This document shows, piece by piece, positions 40,975 through 51,952 of a stretch of 64,000 nucleotides of DNA (position 1 is the first letter of the stretch; each line of letters opens with the position of its first letter). The notes under the pieces are model-generated. The model saw only the letters and a list, made by a program, of their open reading frames with translations, searched no databases and was not told the origin of the DNA. This DNA comes from an uncultured Acidobacteriota bacterium (GTDB lineage Bacteria > Acidobacteriota > UBA6911). The translations under genes and the position numbers were made by a program. The stretch spans positions 448,001 through 512,000 of the forward strand of contig CAWJKZ010000019.1 in the NCBI GenBank assembly GCA_963843575.1, written 5' to 3'.

Positions 40975-42232
40975 GGGCGGTTCTCCCAGGATTGTTTGGC
41001 AAGGTGAAATGCCAGCGCAGGCACGTAGCGCTGCTCGGCCAGCGTCAGCAGCGCATCCTGCACGTGTCGCACGCAGAGCGGTTCGGCGCCCGGCTGAGGC
41101 GCCAGCGCCAGGACCTCGACCCCCTCCATCGACACGCGCAACCCATCGCTGGCCGCGCGGTCCGGGATTGGCTGCAGGACTTCCTCGGTCTGGCAGCGAC
41201 GTCAGTTCGAGAACGGGCGCGTCGCCGGCGACGGCGGGTGGCGGCGCGATTCCTTCGAGCCAGTCATAGAACTCGCGCTCGCTCCCGGCCGCGCTCGCCA
41301 CTCCCCGCCAGAAGTTGTAGCAACGCAACCAGGCGACGGTGTGCTGCCACGGCGCGCGCAAGCGGGTGCGCTCGAAAAACTCCGCCTGACGGACCAACAG
41401 CCGGGCGATCCGGTCTCCCAGGCCCGAATGGTTGAACGCAAGCGCACGGAGACGCTTCGTCACCCAGGAGTTGGTTTCGGGAAACTTGAGTGCGGTACCG
41501 ATCATTTCCGGGTGGCGTTTTCCGATGCGAACGATCCCGATTCCCTCCCGGCGGGTGCGGAGCAGGGATCGACCGAGGTTCGTCTCGTCGTGGTGATACC
41601 CGACCGCCTCGGGCACGAAGCAGAAACGGGCTCCCGCCTCGAGCAACCTCACCCCGAGTTCGTAATCCTCGTATCCGGCGTCGGAGAAAGCCGTGTCGAA
41701 ACCCCCGACCCGCCGGAAGAGAGCCGCCGGCAGGGACACGTTGCCGGTCAGAAAATCCCGGAACGTGAAGCGATGCCCCGGCCGGCGCATTTCGCTGAAA
41801 GTGTCCTCCCACCAGCGGCGCGCGCCGTAGTGCCACCAGCTCAACGGCGTTTGATAAACCGGCTTCGAGTATCCTATCGCGACCCGCTCGTCGCGCTGCG
41901 CCGTCACGTGCGCCCGCACCAGGTCCGGGTGTGCGAGCACGTCGTCGTCCAGAAAGAGCAGAACGTCCCCTCGCGCGTTCGATGCCCCCAGGTTCCGGCT
42001 GGCGGCGGCGCTGCCCGCGGAAAGGCTGAAAAACTGCAGCGAGTAGTTCGCGCGGGAGGAGAAGGACTGCAGCATCGCCGGCTGTGTCGTCCTGGCAGGA
42101 ATCCGCTATAACCAGGACCTCGAATCCGTCGGCAGGGCAGGACTGGAGATTCAGCGCCTCCAGGTTCTTTTCGAGCAGGCGGCTGCGATTGTGGCTCGGG
42201 ATGATGAGTGAGACGAAAGGTCGCGGCGTCAT
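40959..42232 (-). CDS. Glycosyltransferase family 2 (frameshifts near 42080 and 41170)
   Basis: SLIIPSHNR, SRNLGA, FLDDD, GGFD, EDYELG; ATGA overlap with the upstream GT. Confidence 0.8.
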
Positions 42233-43473
42233 TTGACCACCCCGTCCAGCATCGAAGAAGAGCGGGGCACGGGATCCTGCAGGGAAGGCTCGTGCGCCGG
42301 GCTCCGTCGTTTCAATGCACGCCGGGAACTCCAGTACTTCAGCGGACCCAGCAGGGCTCCGACGAACTCGGCCAACGCCAGGCCTGCCGGGGGGTAATCC
42401 CGGCCTCTCAGCAGGGCTCCCACCAGATTGCGACAATGATGCTGCAGGAACCACTTCGGCGCCAGTCTCAGCAGGGACAGTTCCCGCTCCAGCAGCAGCG
42501 CGCCGGTCCACCACGCAAACACCCCGACCCCGTAGCCGAAGATCGTCCTGCGCAACGCCTTCCACTCCCGCCGATGCCTGTGCCACACCAAAGCGGCCGG
42601 CTCGTACACAAGCCGATATCCCCGGGCCAGGGTCCGGAAGAAGAATTCCTGGTCCCCGCCGCTCAGTGTCGGCGTCCCCCCATCGAGCGCCTCGTCGAAG
42701 AGGCCGATCTCCGGGAGCGCGCTTCGGCGCACCGCCATGTTGACGCCCGCGCCGAGGGTCCCCGCCGCGAGGGGGTTCTGATTGCTCAGGTCGAACTGGC
42801 GGCGCCGGAATCCCCGATTGAAAGCGTTTGTAGACTCAAACCACTGTTGTGCCTCCGTGTTCAGTTCCAGGGGCATCGTGATGCCGGTGACGACCGCGAC
42901 CAGGGGATCGCGAAAATTCCTCGCCAGCGCCTCCAGCCATCCCGGATCCACCTGCGCGTCGTCGTCGGTAAAGGCGACGATCTCGCCTTTCGCGGCGAGC
43001 AGGCCGCGATTCCGGGCAATATCCAGTCCGGGCCTCGGTTCACGCAGGTATTGGATCCCGGGATATCGCGCCACCAATGTCGCGGTGCTTTCATCTGTAG
43101 GACAGTTGTCCACCACGATGACTTCGTGACCCTGAAGCGCGAGCTCGGACAATCCGGGAAGGCACAGCTCGAGGTCGGCGGTCCGGTTCCGGGTACAGAC
43201 GACCACGGAAGCCGACGGCGTGGGTTCCGATGAATCCCGTTGGCGGGAAATGAGTTGTCCCCAGATGGGCGTCGCGAGGCTGGGCACAACAGCCTGCAGT
43301 TGATCCGAGGTGATACAACCCCCGTAGACGCTGAGAACAGCTTGCCCCACCACGGCCGTGCCCAGGCGGAAAACGACCAGGGCCTTGCGATAGGCCTGAA
43401 GATCCTCAATGCCGTGCTTCATCCGATCGAGCTGGATTGCGCGCACGGCTATCGGCAGACGCGGTTGGGCCAT
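42229..43473 (-). CDS. Glycosyltransferase family 2
   Basis: VVVCTRNR, VVDNC, ARNRG, FTDDD, GGDQEFF. Confidence 0.92.
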   Translation of the reverse strand: MAQPRLPIAVRAIQLDRMKHGIEDLQAYRKALVVFRLGTAVVGQAVLSVYGGCITSDQLQAVVPSLATPIWGQLISRQRDSSEPTPSASVVVCTRNRTADLELCLPGLSELALQGHEVIVVDNCPTDESTATLVARYPGIQYLREPRPGLDIARNRGLLAAKGEIVAFTDDDAQVDPGWLEALARNFRDPLVAVVTGITMPLELNTEAQQWFESTNAFNRGFRRRQFDLSNQNPLAAGTLGAGVNMAVRRSALPEIGLFDEALDGGTPTLSGGDQEFFFRTLARGYRLVYEPAALVWHRHRREWKALRRTIFGYGVGVFAWWTGALLLERELSLLRLAPKWFLQHHCRNLVGALLRGRDYPPAGLALAEFVGALLGPLKYWSSRRALKRRSPAHEPSLQDPVPRSSSMLDGVVK

Positions 43474-43697
43474 CAGCTTTGGGTCCCCACGTCGGAGTTT
43501 ATCGTCCTAAGTGCTAAGAATCTGCAAGTATTTCAGATTCGTGCAGATCCGCGTCCCAGCCCGGGTTATATAGAGGACGCGGATTAACGCCGATCTTCGA
43601 CGAAGACATCCGTTTCAGCAGGTCGATCCAGTAAGCCTCGGGGTTTTATAAAACAAAGGGACGCGGATTTGACCGGATCCTCGCGGATCCGCGTAAA

Positions 43698-44453
43698 TCA
43701 GCGCAAATCCGCGTCCCCCTTTCCCTCGAGCTTCCGGCCCTGCTTCGCGAGCAGCGCGGGCGACAGGGTCCGGAGTGCGTCGGAGGAGGCCTGGTACAGG
43801 CGCACCCTCTCGACTGCGTCGTTGCCCTGGTCGCCCTCATCCGGCTTGGGCTCCTCGCGCCCTGGTGGATGCTGGTAACTGTCCACCGCTTCGTAGAAGC
43901 AGGCCGCCGCGGACTCCAGCGAGTCCAGGCAGCGCTGGAACACTCTCCTGAAGCTCTCGAACGGGGAGCAAAAGAGCTCGACGAACACGACGACCATGGT
44001 GTCCACCAGGCAGACCTTGGCGGCCTTGACTCTGGTCGACACCGTCGTGCAGGCCAGCAGCACGAGACCCTTTTCGTAGTCGTTGGTGACCGTTTTGTAG
44101 ATGTTGGGGAGGGCGAACTGGATGTAGTCCTCGTCCTTGTCCTCCAGGTGGGCCAGGAAGGTCAGCGGCTTGATCGCGAACCAGATGTATCCGTACCGGT
44201 CGACGCTCGGGCTGTAGCCCTGTTCCCGCAAAAACTGCATTAACAGGTCCCGGCGTTGCGCGAGCTCCATGAACTGCGGCGCCTGCATCACGGGCGTGGG
44301 GAGCCGCCGGTCCTGGGAGCCGGCCTCCGGGCTGCTGAAAAAGCGCAGGCAGCTCGCGCAGAGATGCTTGCCAAGATGCCCCGCGGTCTGGCTGCAGGTC
44401 CCCTCGTTGTTGTCGGCGCACCTGTGTCTTGCCCTGCAATCGTTGAGCACCAT
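43698..44453 (-). CDS. YbjN-like (sensory transduction regulator/T3SS chaperone fold) domain protein, possible Cys/His-rich N-extension
   Basis: FLREQGYSPSVDRYGYIWF...DEDYIQFALPNIY...KAAKV...VELF; start uncertain (44453 or 44288). Confidence 0.6.
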   Translation of the reverse strand: MVLNDCRARHRCADNNEGTCSQTAGHLGKHLCASCLRFFSSPEAGSQDRRLPTPVMQAPQFMELAQRRDLLMQFLREQGYSPSVDRYGYIWFAIKPLTFLAHLEDKDEDYIQFALPNIYKTVTNDYEKGLVLLACTTVSTRVKAAKVCLVDTMVVVFVELFCSPFESFRRVFQRCLDSLESAAACFYEAVDSYQHPPGREEPKPDEGDQGNDAVERVRLYQASSDALRTLSPALLAKQGRKLEGKGDADLR

Positions 44454-44754
44454 AGCACCGATCCTATGCCTCCCCACCCCTTCAAAGCAATATGGAGAGA
44501 AAACAAGTGACGCCGGCCCCATCTTCGCCCGCAACACAAAAAGGCAAGGGGACGCGGATCCGCGTGAATCGGCGCAGATCCGCGTCCCCTCTTGTCATCC
44601 ACGCGAAACCAGGTTCCGCAATCAGGCTTCGTCTTCCGCGGCCCGCATCCGAAAGCGGCGTTTTGCTGCCGGTCTCCCGGAAACTGTCGAAACTGTGACG
44701 GGCGACATAGTGCCTTCATTGTTCGCGATATTTAATAGCCCGCGAGGTACCCGC

Positions 44755-47344
44755 ATGAGATTGATATTCCCCCGTAACGCCCTGACTCTACCAATCCTCA
44801 TTCTTGCCGCCCTTGCGTCTTCCACCGCGGCACTGGCGGACGATGTCGCGCTCGCATGGGACCCCGCGGTCGGTCCGGCCCTCGCCGGCTACAAGCTCTA
44901 CTACGGCACGGCTTCCCACCAGTACACAAACTCGATCGATGTCGGCAACGTCACGACGTATTCCGTGAAGGGTCTCCCGGCAGCCACGTATTACTTCGCG
45001 GCCACGGCCTACAACTCCACTCGCACGGAAACCGGTTACACCAACGAGGTCTCGGTAGTCGTTACGGCTGCGGACACGCAAGCCCCGGTGATCAGCTCGG
45101 TGGCCGAGCTCGTCCGTCGCCGCTTCGTCGGCCACGATCACCTGGACGACCAACGAGGGGGCAACCACCCAGGTCGAATATGGACTCGGTACCGCCTACG
45201 GTTCGCTCACGACCCTCGATGCCGTGATGAGGACCGCGCACTCCGTGCCTGTCAGCGGTCTCTCTCCCGCGACGAGGTATCACTACCGCGTCAGATCCAG
45301 GGACGCGACCGGGAACTCCGCGGTGTCGGCGGACTTCACGTTCACCACCGCGGCCCCGGCCGATTCGACGCCGCCGGTGATCAGCTCGGTGGCCAGCTCG
45401 TCCGTGACCTCGAGTTCCGCCTCGATCACCTGGACGACGAACGAAGCGGCGGACGGGCTCGTCGAGTACGGCACCACCACTGCCTACGGGTCGGCAACAA
45501 CGCTAAATGCGGCGCGCGTGACCGCGCACTCGCAGACACTCGGCAGTCTGGCGGCCAAGACGACGTATCATTTCCGTGTGAAGTCGAAGGACGCCGCCGC
45601 CAACCAGGCGGTGTCGGCGGACTTCACGTTCACCACCGCGGCCCCGGCTGACACGACGCCGCCGGTCATCAGCGCGGTGAAGGTTTCCGTGGTGACCGAC
45701 ACCTCCGCGACGGTCTCCTGGACCACCAACGAGCCGGCTGACGGGCAGGTCCAGTACGGCACTTCCACCGCGTACGGCTCCTCGACCACTCAGAATTCAG
45801 CGATGACATCATCCCATGCGCAAGCCCTGAACGGCCTGACTGCCGGCAAAGGCTATCACTACCGCGTGAAGTCGAAGGACGCCGCCGGTAACCTCGCCAC
45901 GTCGATCGACTACGCCTTCGTCATGACGCCCGACGCGAGCGCCGGCCTGGTCGCGGCGTACGGCTTCGACGAGGGCGCCGGCACGACGACCGCCGACCAG
46001 TCGCGCTCCCGAAGTGTGGCGACGCTGAACGGTGCGTACTGGACGACCACCGCAAAGTTCGGCAAGGCCCTCTCTTTCAACGGGAAGAACAGCTATGTGT
46101 CCGCCGGCCTCACCGGTCTGCCCGACCTCGGCACTCCCAAGACGGTCGCCTGCTGGCTTTATATGAACAGCAGGCCGTCCGGGCTCCAATCGACGGTGGT
46201 TCTGGCCAACTCCGCCCGGCAGGCTTCGGTGAAGCTCGGCATCAAGTACTCGCAGGTGGGGATGTTGCAGTTCGGCGACACGTGGATCGTCGCCTCCATC
46301 CTGCCGTCGACGCGCCGGTGGCATCATTTCGCGTACGTTTTCGACGGCTCTTTGAACCGGTTCTACGTCGACGGCGCGCTGACCAGCACGTCGACAGTCG
46401 TCCCGCGACCGGCTCCCGTCACCACCTTCGAGATCGGCCGCTCAGTTCCGGGCTATTACAAAGGGCTGATTGACGAGGTCCGCGTCTATAACCGGGCTCT
46501 CACCCAGGATGAGGTGAAGTCGATCATGTCCGTTCCGGTGTCTGGTCTGATCACCGCTGCGCTCCCGGTGGCGGCCAGGGCCCCGGATCCGGCGGACGTC
46601 ACGGCGCAAAACTCGGCTGCAGAGGCCGCGGCGCCCGATCCTGGACAGGCCCCCCCGATCGTCGGGATTCGGATGACGCAGCGCTCGTACGGGGCCGGGC
46701 AGACGGTTGGCGTGGATTCCTACTGGGTCAGCAACCCTTCGGAGTATACGCGGGAGGTGGCGCTGAAGACGTGGTTGCAGGGCCCGGGCATGGACCCGGT
46801 TCCGGTGGGAGATATGGGCGCCGGAGAAGTGGTGACGCTGGCGCCGCGCCACGATGAAGACTACGGCGCGCAGGCGCTCTTTGACGTTGCCGGCGACCTT
46901 CCTCCCGGCAGGTACCAGTTCGGTGCGCGCGTGATCGACCCGGTAACAGGGGACATTCTGTCCGAAGATGTCGAGCCGTTCACGATCGGTTCGGCGGCAA
47001 AATACCGCACTGTCGAGTCGCGCCGCGAGATGTTGCTGCTGGCGGGCCTGGAGGAATGGGGCGAGTACGGCATCACGAACGTGGGTGCGGAGGATGCGTC
47101 GTTTGAGGTGAAGATGTGGCTCGAAGCGGCCGGGCAGGTGCCGGTCCCGGTGCTGTCGCTGGGGGCCGACGGTGCGCTGGTCCTCGCTCCGGGTGACCGC
47201 CTGAGCCTGGACCCGTTTGCCTCGTTCGAGCAACCGTCGGGGACGTGGGTGCTCAGGGCCCGGATCCTCGATCCGACCACAGGCCAGATCCTGTCGGAAA
47301 GCGAAACCTTGCGTCCTGAGCGCAACGACCACGAACTGCAGTAG
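44755..47344 (+). CDS. Secreted multi-Fn3/LamG protein (frameshift near 45105)
   Basis: Signal peptide, VALAWD...YYFAATAY Fn3, three DTxPPVIS..ITWTTNE Fn3 repeats, GLVAAYGFDEG...IDEVRVYNRAL LamG domain, duplicated C-terminal domain. Confidence 0.88.
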
Positions 47345-47577
47345 ATGCGGGGACACGGATCTGCGCGGATGCACACAGATTCCGACCGGTGAAAACCTGT
47401 GGGAATCTGTGTCGCTCCGTGTTGACTCCCGATTGGCGCCGTACTAACAGTTCTCGGGCGCCCTCCGGGACCTCGGGATGACCAAGTACAACATCATTGC
47501 GCTTTCCCGGTGCCCATACCCTCTGTTCGCTGTATCATACGGCTTGCCTGGCCCCGCTCCCCCCGGAAAGGCTCGCC

Positions 47578-49512
47578 ATGAGACTCGCGCCTCGTCGGGC
47601 TGGTCTTCCGCTTTTGTTACTCCTGATCGGCTGCCAGAATCTGTACGGCCGGGACCTCGTGCTCGCCTGGGATCCCAACACGGAGCCTCAACTCGCCGGC
47701 TACAGACTCTACCGCGGCCAATCCGCGAGAGCGTACGACACGGTTGTCGACGTTGGAGGAGTCTCGACGTGGACAGTGCGGGACCTCGTCCCGGGAACGT
47801 ACTTTTTTGCCGTCACCGCCTACGACTTCTCGGGCTGGGAAACCGGGTACTCGAACGAAATCCTCGTCGTAATCCACAACCCGCCCCCCGCCCCCTCCCT
47901 GCTGAGCCCGTCGGATGGTACCGCGAGTTTTCCGCTAACGCCGGTCCTGTCTTGGTCTGCATCACCGGGTGCGGCTTCCTATGACGTGTACTTCGGCACG
48001 AGCAGCATTCCGCCCCTGGTAATGACAACCACGGGGACTGTCTATTTCCCCCCAACTCTCGCCGCCGGCACGACCTATTACTGGATGGTTGTAGCCAGGA
48101 ACGATTCCGGTTCGACCGCGAGCGTCACCTTGAGTTTCACCACCACCGCGACCCTGATGCCGGCACCGGCGATGACCACGAAAACCGCTGTCCCTCGGCT
48201 CGCAGCCGACTACGGCCCCGGGCCGCCGAACTCGGGTGACGCCCAGTACACCCGGATTGCGATTGCGAATGTCGGCAACGCCGATGCGTTCATGAGGCTC
48301 ACGGCCTTTTCGCCGGAGGGTTTGCCGGCGACTGGCGCTGCGCTCCGCAACCCGCTTGTCTTTACCCTTGCCACGGGCCAGCAGGTCCAGATCATCGACG
48401 ACTTGCTGTTTGGCGACGGGCTGATCGGGGGCGGGGGATCGCTGCAGGTCGAGAGTTCGTCGGACGCTATTGCGGGCTATTTCACCGTCTTCGACACCGC
48501 TCTGTCCGTACTCGACGGCGTCGCTCTTCCGACGACCACTACGACCGCGTTCGTGCTGCCCGAAGTGGAGAACCGGGGAAACACCCGGGTTCGCATCGCC
48601 AACCCGGGTGAAAACCGTGTCACCCTGGATGTCAGCGTGATTGGGGGCGACGGAGCCACGCGCCAATCGACCACGATGTTCATTGATCCCGGAGGTTCTC
48701 TGTCCGAGTCGTTCTCGACTCTGTTTCCCGTCCTGGTGCCTCTCTCCTCGGACTATCTGCTCATTACCGCCGATCACGGCGTGGTTCCAGTCGAGCTCTT
48801 CGGGACCCCCGCAGGCGACATCAAGGCCTTGATCGGGCTCGACAAGAGTCATGGAGCGAGAACGTTGTACGCGCCCCAATATGCCGTCGGCGACTCCTGG
48901 CGCTCCTCCGTCTCGGTCATCAACGTGGATCCGGTCGCGGGAACGGTTACCCTCCGGTTGCGAGGAGAGGACGGATTACAGATCGGCGAGTCAAGGACCG
49001 AATCGATTCCGGCCCACGGGAAACTGCACATCGAAGACCCGAAGTACTTTGGCGACTACTCGGGCAGGCTGATTCAGGGTTATCTCGAGATCGTCGGCAG
49101 CGGTCCGGGGATGGTCGGGAGCGTGACGTTCGCGGACCCGCAAGGAAAATCGGGGGCGGCGGCGCTGCCACTGACAGGGACGTTGCACACGTCCCTCATC
49201 TTTCCGCGAGTGGCGAGCGACCACGTCGTATTCACCGGGATCGCGCTACTCAATCCGGCCGAGGGACCGGCTCAAGTCACGTTGGACCTGTACGCCGCAA
49301 ACGGAACCCGGATCGCCACGAGCCGCCAGACGATTCCGGCGCGGGGCAGGGTTTGCAGGCTGCTGTCGGAGTACCTGCCTCCCCTGGCCGGACTCAGCCT
49401 GGATTCCGGTTACCTCAAAATCGAGTCGGACACCGGCATCGCCGCCTTCGCTCTCTTCGGTACTCAGACCCTCTCCTCCATCGCGGCCTCTGCAGCCCAG
49501 CCTGCCCGATAG
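47578..49512 (+). CDS. Secreted Fn3-domain protein with repeated acidobacterial beta-sandwich (TGIALLNP-type) domains
   Basis: Signal peptide, LVLAWDPNTEPQLAGY...YFFAVTAY, YDVYFGT...YYWMVVA, then repeated T.I.I.N motifs. Confidence 0.85.
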   Translation: MRLAPRRAGLPLLLLLIGCQNLYGRDLVLAWDPNTEPQLAGYRLYRGQSARAYDTVVDVGGVSTWTVRDLVPGTYFFAVTAYDFSGWETGYSNEILVVIHNPPPAPSLLSPSDGTASFPLTPVLSWSASPGAASYDVYFGTSSIPPLVMTTTGTVYFPPTLAAGTTYYWMVVARNDSGSTASVTLSFTTTATLMPAPAMTTKTAVPRLAADYGPGPPNSGDAQYTRIAIANVGNADAFMRLTAFSPEGLPATGAALRNPLVFTLATGQQVQIIDDLLFGDGLIGGGGSLQVESSSDAIAGYFTVFDTALSVLDGVALPTTTTTAFVLPEVENRGNTRVRIANPGENRVTLDVSVIGGDGATRQSTTMFIDPGGSLSESFSTLFPVLVPLSSDYLLITADHGVVPVELFGTPAGDIKALIGLDKSHGARTLYAPQYAVGDSWRSSVSVINVDPVAGTVTLRLRGEDGLQIGESRTESIPAHGKLHIEDPKYFGDYSGRLIQGYLEIVGSGPGMVGSVTFADPQGKSGAAALPLTGTLHTSLIFPRVASDHVVFTGIALLNPAEGPAQVTLDLYAANGTRIATSRQTIPARGRVCRLLSEYLPPLAGLSLDSGYLKIESDTGIAAFALFGTQTLSSIAASAAQPAR

Positions 49513-49558
49513 GATCTGGCTTCCTGGCTTCCGTATCCCGCTGCTTTTTAGCGCGATA

Positions 49559-50821
49559 TCAAGGGCGCAGCCCCTGGCTGGTTAGCGTATTATGAACATG
49601 GGTACTGAGTAGTCTGTTCCACAGTTTCCGAACCAAGCCAAGGGTGAACGCTACACCCGGTTTCCAGTCAGCCAAGGTATAGATTGCCCACATTCTCTCT
49701 CCTCGCAATGAACTAAGCCACTGCTTAGGCGAGAGTTGACCGCTGCGCCAGTATTCAATAGCGGCCCTGACATCCCGCTGCCAGTCTATCCATGCCACTC
49801 CCTCGCGATACGTCAATTGAGGTTCTACAGGAAGACCGAGCGCGTCGCGGTAGGCGATGTACGGAAGGTCAACGCCGCATCTGACGCTCAATCCGTCCCA
49901 CATTCCGAAACGGGTGTTGACTTCTATCAGCTTGTAGCACTCGTCACGTGGATCCTTCTTAAACTCGATGCCGACCAGGCCCTGATAGCGTGCTTTTTTC
50001 AACAGTTTGAGGCCGATCTCGATCAATTCCGGGTCGTACATGCTTCGCACAAAGCTCGCGGAGCCGAATCCCGTCGGAATCACTCGAATCTTGCGACCCG
50101 CAAAATTGCCCAAAACTCTAGACTGCCGATCCAGGTAAAACGATATGTAGGCGAGGCGACTGTCCTCGCCCGGGATAACTTCCTGCACGACCAGGCGATC
50201 ATCTAGTGCCGCGAGGGTCCGGTACGCCTTGCGCAGTTCGCTGGCGCTCCGGCAGAGTACAACTTTGGCGCGCCCTCCAAGGAGGGTGGGGGACAGAAGT
50301 ACGGGAGGATTGCACATATGCCAGTAAGTGCTTTCCGTTGGCTTGAGAATGACCGGGTAGGTGCTTCGATCAGCAATGGCATCTATTTGGCTGGGATCAG
50401 TCAGGAAGGTCGTCACGGGCGCAGGAATGCCGAACTCGTACGCGATGCTCTGGAGACCGTCCTTTGTCGTAAGCCTTGCCAGGGTCTCATGCTCGGGCAT
50501 CACGAATTCGTAGTATTCGTGGAGCCTCTCCCGATGGCGAGAACCCAGAAGGACATGCAGATCGCTGAGGAGAAACAGGACCGCCTTGCGTTTCAGCGTT
50601 CTGCCAAATCCGATCAGGAACTCCAGGTACTGAGTCTCCCGCCCGGCCATAGGATTGGGACTTTGCACGAATCGACAGCATGTCGAGTATTTGCCGGGGA
50701 CCGCACGGTCCGAATCCAATCCGTAAACGGGAATGCCATATTTTGCCAGAGACCGGGCGATATCCAGGCCCATGTGGTCATCCAGCGGTGTTAGTACAGC
50801 GGGCGGCGGTTGACCGGTCAA
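49559..50821 (-). CDS. ATP-grasp carboxylate-amine ligase (D-aspartate ligase-like)
   Basis: IARSL, YPVILKP, VQEVIPG, EFKKDPRD..YKLIEVNTR. Confidence 0.88.
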   Translation of the reverse strand: MTGQPPPAVLTPLDDHMGLDIARSLAKYGIPVYGLDSDRAVPGKYSTCCRFVQSPNPMAGRETQYLEFLIGFGRTLKRKAVLFLLSDLHVLLGSRHRERLHEYYEFVMPEHETLARLTTKDGLQSIAYEFGIPAPVTTFLTDPSQIDAIADRSTYPVILKPTESTYWHMCNPPVLLSPTLLGGRAKVVLCRSASELRKAYRTLAALDDRLVVQEVIPGEDSRLAYISFYLDRQSRVLGNFAGRKIRVIPTGFGSASFVRSMYDPELIEIGLKLLKKARYQGLVGIEFKKDPRDECYKLIEVNTRFGMWDGLSVRCGVDLPYIAYRDALGLPVEPQLTYREGVAWIDWQRDVRAAIEYWRSGQLSPKQWLSSLRGERMWAIYTLADWKPGVAFTLGLVRKLWNRLLSTHVHNTLTSQGLRP

Positions 50822-51849
50822 AACACAAATCTCCTGGCAAAACGATAGGCAAAGTTGCACATCTGCCTTCGCAGGCGAGCATGGACGAACAGGTTGCGCC
50901 CATTATTGACCTGGATGCCGCCAAACTTCGATTTGAAGTCCCTCACACCGTAAGGCTCATTCGGCTTGCCTGCTCCGCCGAAGTCATACGTGCGATATCC
51001 GTTCTCAGCCCCCCATCGAAGGATGTGCCACGTCAACAACTCATTGGCGGGGAAGGAACTATAGGCTCGATCCACGCCGCCATACCAACCGTACATTAGG
51101 TCCTTGTAGAGCAGATCAATGGAGACTGCAGCAGGCGCATCACCCACACGAGCCAGGGTAAATTTGATCATACCTCTGGGATGGAGGACCTCATAGGCAG
51201 CTTCGAACAACGATGGGTCCGCCAGCGGGATACGGCGCGCCTGGAACGTCCGGCGCAGGATGTCGTAGCAGGAGGACCGCTCCGGATTCTCCGTCGCGTC
51301 CGATACAGTAACCTGGCCAGATCGGAGTGCGCGACGAATGTGCTTTCGGGTCCTCGGACCTATGCTCTTGAAAACCTCGTCCGAAGGACGGTTCAAGTCA
51401 ATCAGGTAGTTTAGGTGGTCCTCGTGAACGAAGCCGTGCTCCAGGAGTGTCTGTTGTTGCTGTGCGTCCAAGCTGGAAACATTACGGAGTTCCGTGAAAA
51501 GGGCGGTGCGTCCAACCTCCTTCAGGTAGCTTTGCAGGAGAACCGCGAGGGCGTCGCATCCGTCACGGCCGGGTGCACAGAGGATGCTCCCGTAGGCGAC
51601 TGATCGAGTTGTCAGGGAACTCATGATGCCACCCAAGAGTGTAACGCGCACGGGTATCAACAACGCCAGAACACGAGAGCCATCAGTTGCCGCCCAGACA
51701 TCCGCCTTATGTCCCTTGGCGCGATTGAACACCTCAAACATCTCGGGCGTGTGAAAGACGTTACCGGCCGCCTGATCTGCTACGAAGGATCGCCAAACTT
51801 CGACAGAGAGTGATTTAACGACAGCAATCTTAATGGTCGGGCCCTCCAC
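50818..51849 (-). CDS. FemAB-like/GNAT acyltransferase
   Basis: FHTPE, IDLNRP, RKHIRRA, ANELLTW, YDFGGAG...GVRDFKSKFGG. Confidence 0.88.
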   Translation of the reverse strand: MEGPTIKIAVVKSLSVEVWRSFVADQAAGNVFHTPEMFEVFNRAKGHKADVWAATDGSRVLALLIPVRVTLLGGIMSSLTTRSVAYGSILCAPGRDGCDALAVLLQSYLKEVGRTALFTELRNVSSLDAQQQQTLLEHGFVHEDHLNYLIDLNRPSDEVFKSIGPRTRKHIRRALRSGQVTVSDATENPERSSCYDILRRTFQARRIPLADPSLFEAAYEVLHPRGMIKFTLARVGDAPAAVSIDLLYKDLMYGWYGGVDRAYSSFPANELLTWHILRWGAENGYRTYDFGGAGKPNEPYGVRDFKSKFGGIQVNNGRNLFVHARLRRQMCNFAYRFARRFVF

Positions 51850-51952
51850 TCGCTGGGAGCAACAGGCCGCCGATCCGAACGTTCTTCAGCGACCGGCTTG
51901 ATCTGCCAGAATGGCAGAGTTGCCCCGCGAGATCGACATTATCCACGAATTG

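Noticed and set aside
39757-42075. Single 772-aa double-GT2 fusion
   Set aside because: The linker is out-of-frame junk. It is better explained by two genes with a frameshift near 41170 and an ACGA junction.
45320-45648. Identical ~40-bp repeats as a DGR template/variable pair or recombination sites
   Set aside because: They are in-frame ends of tandem Fn3 domains. There is no reverse transcriptase and no adenine-specific variation.
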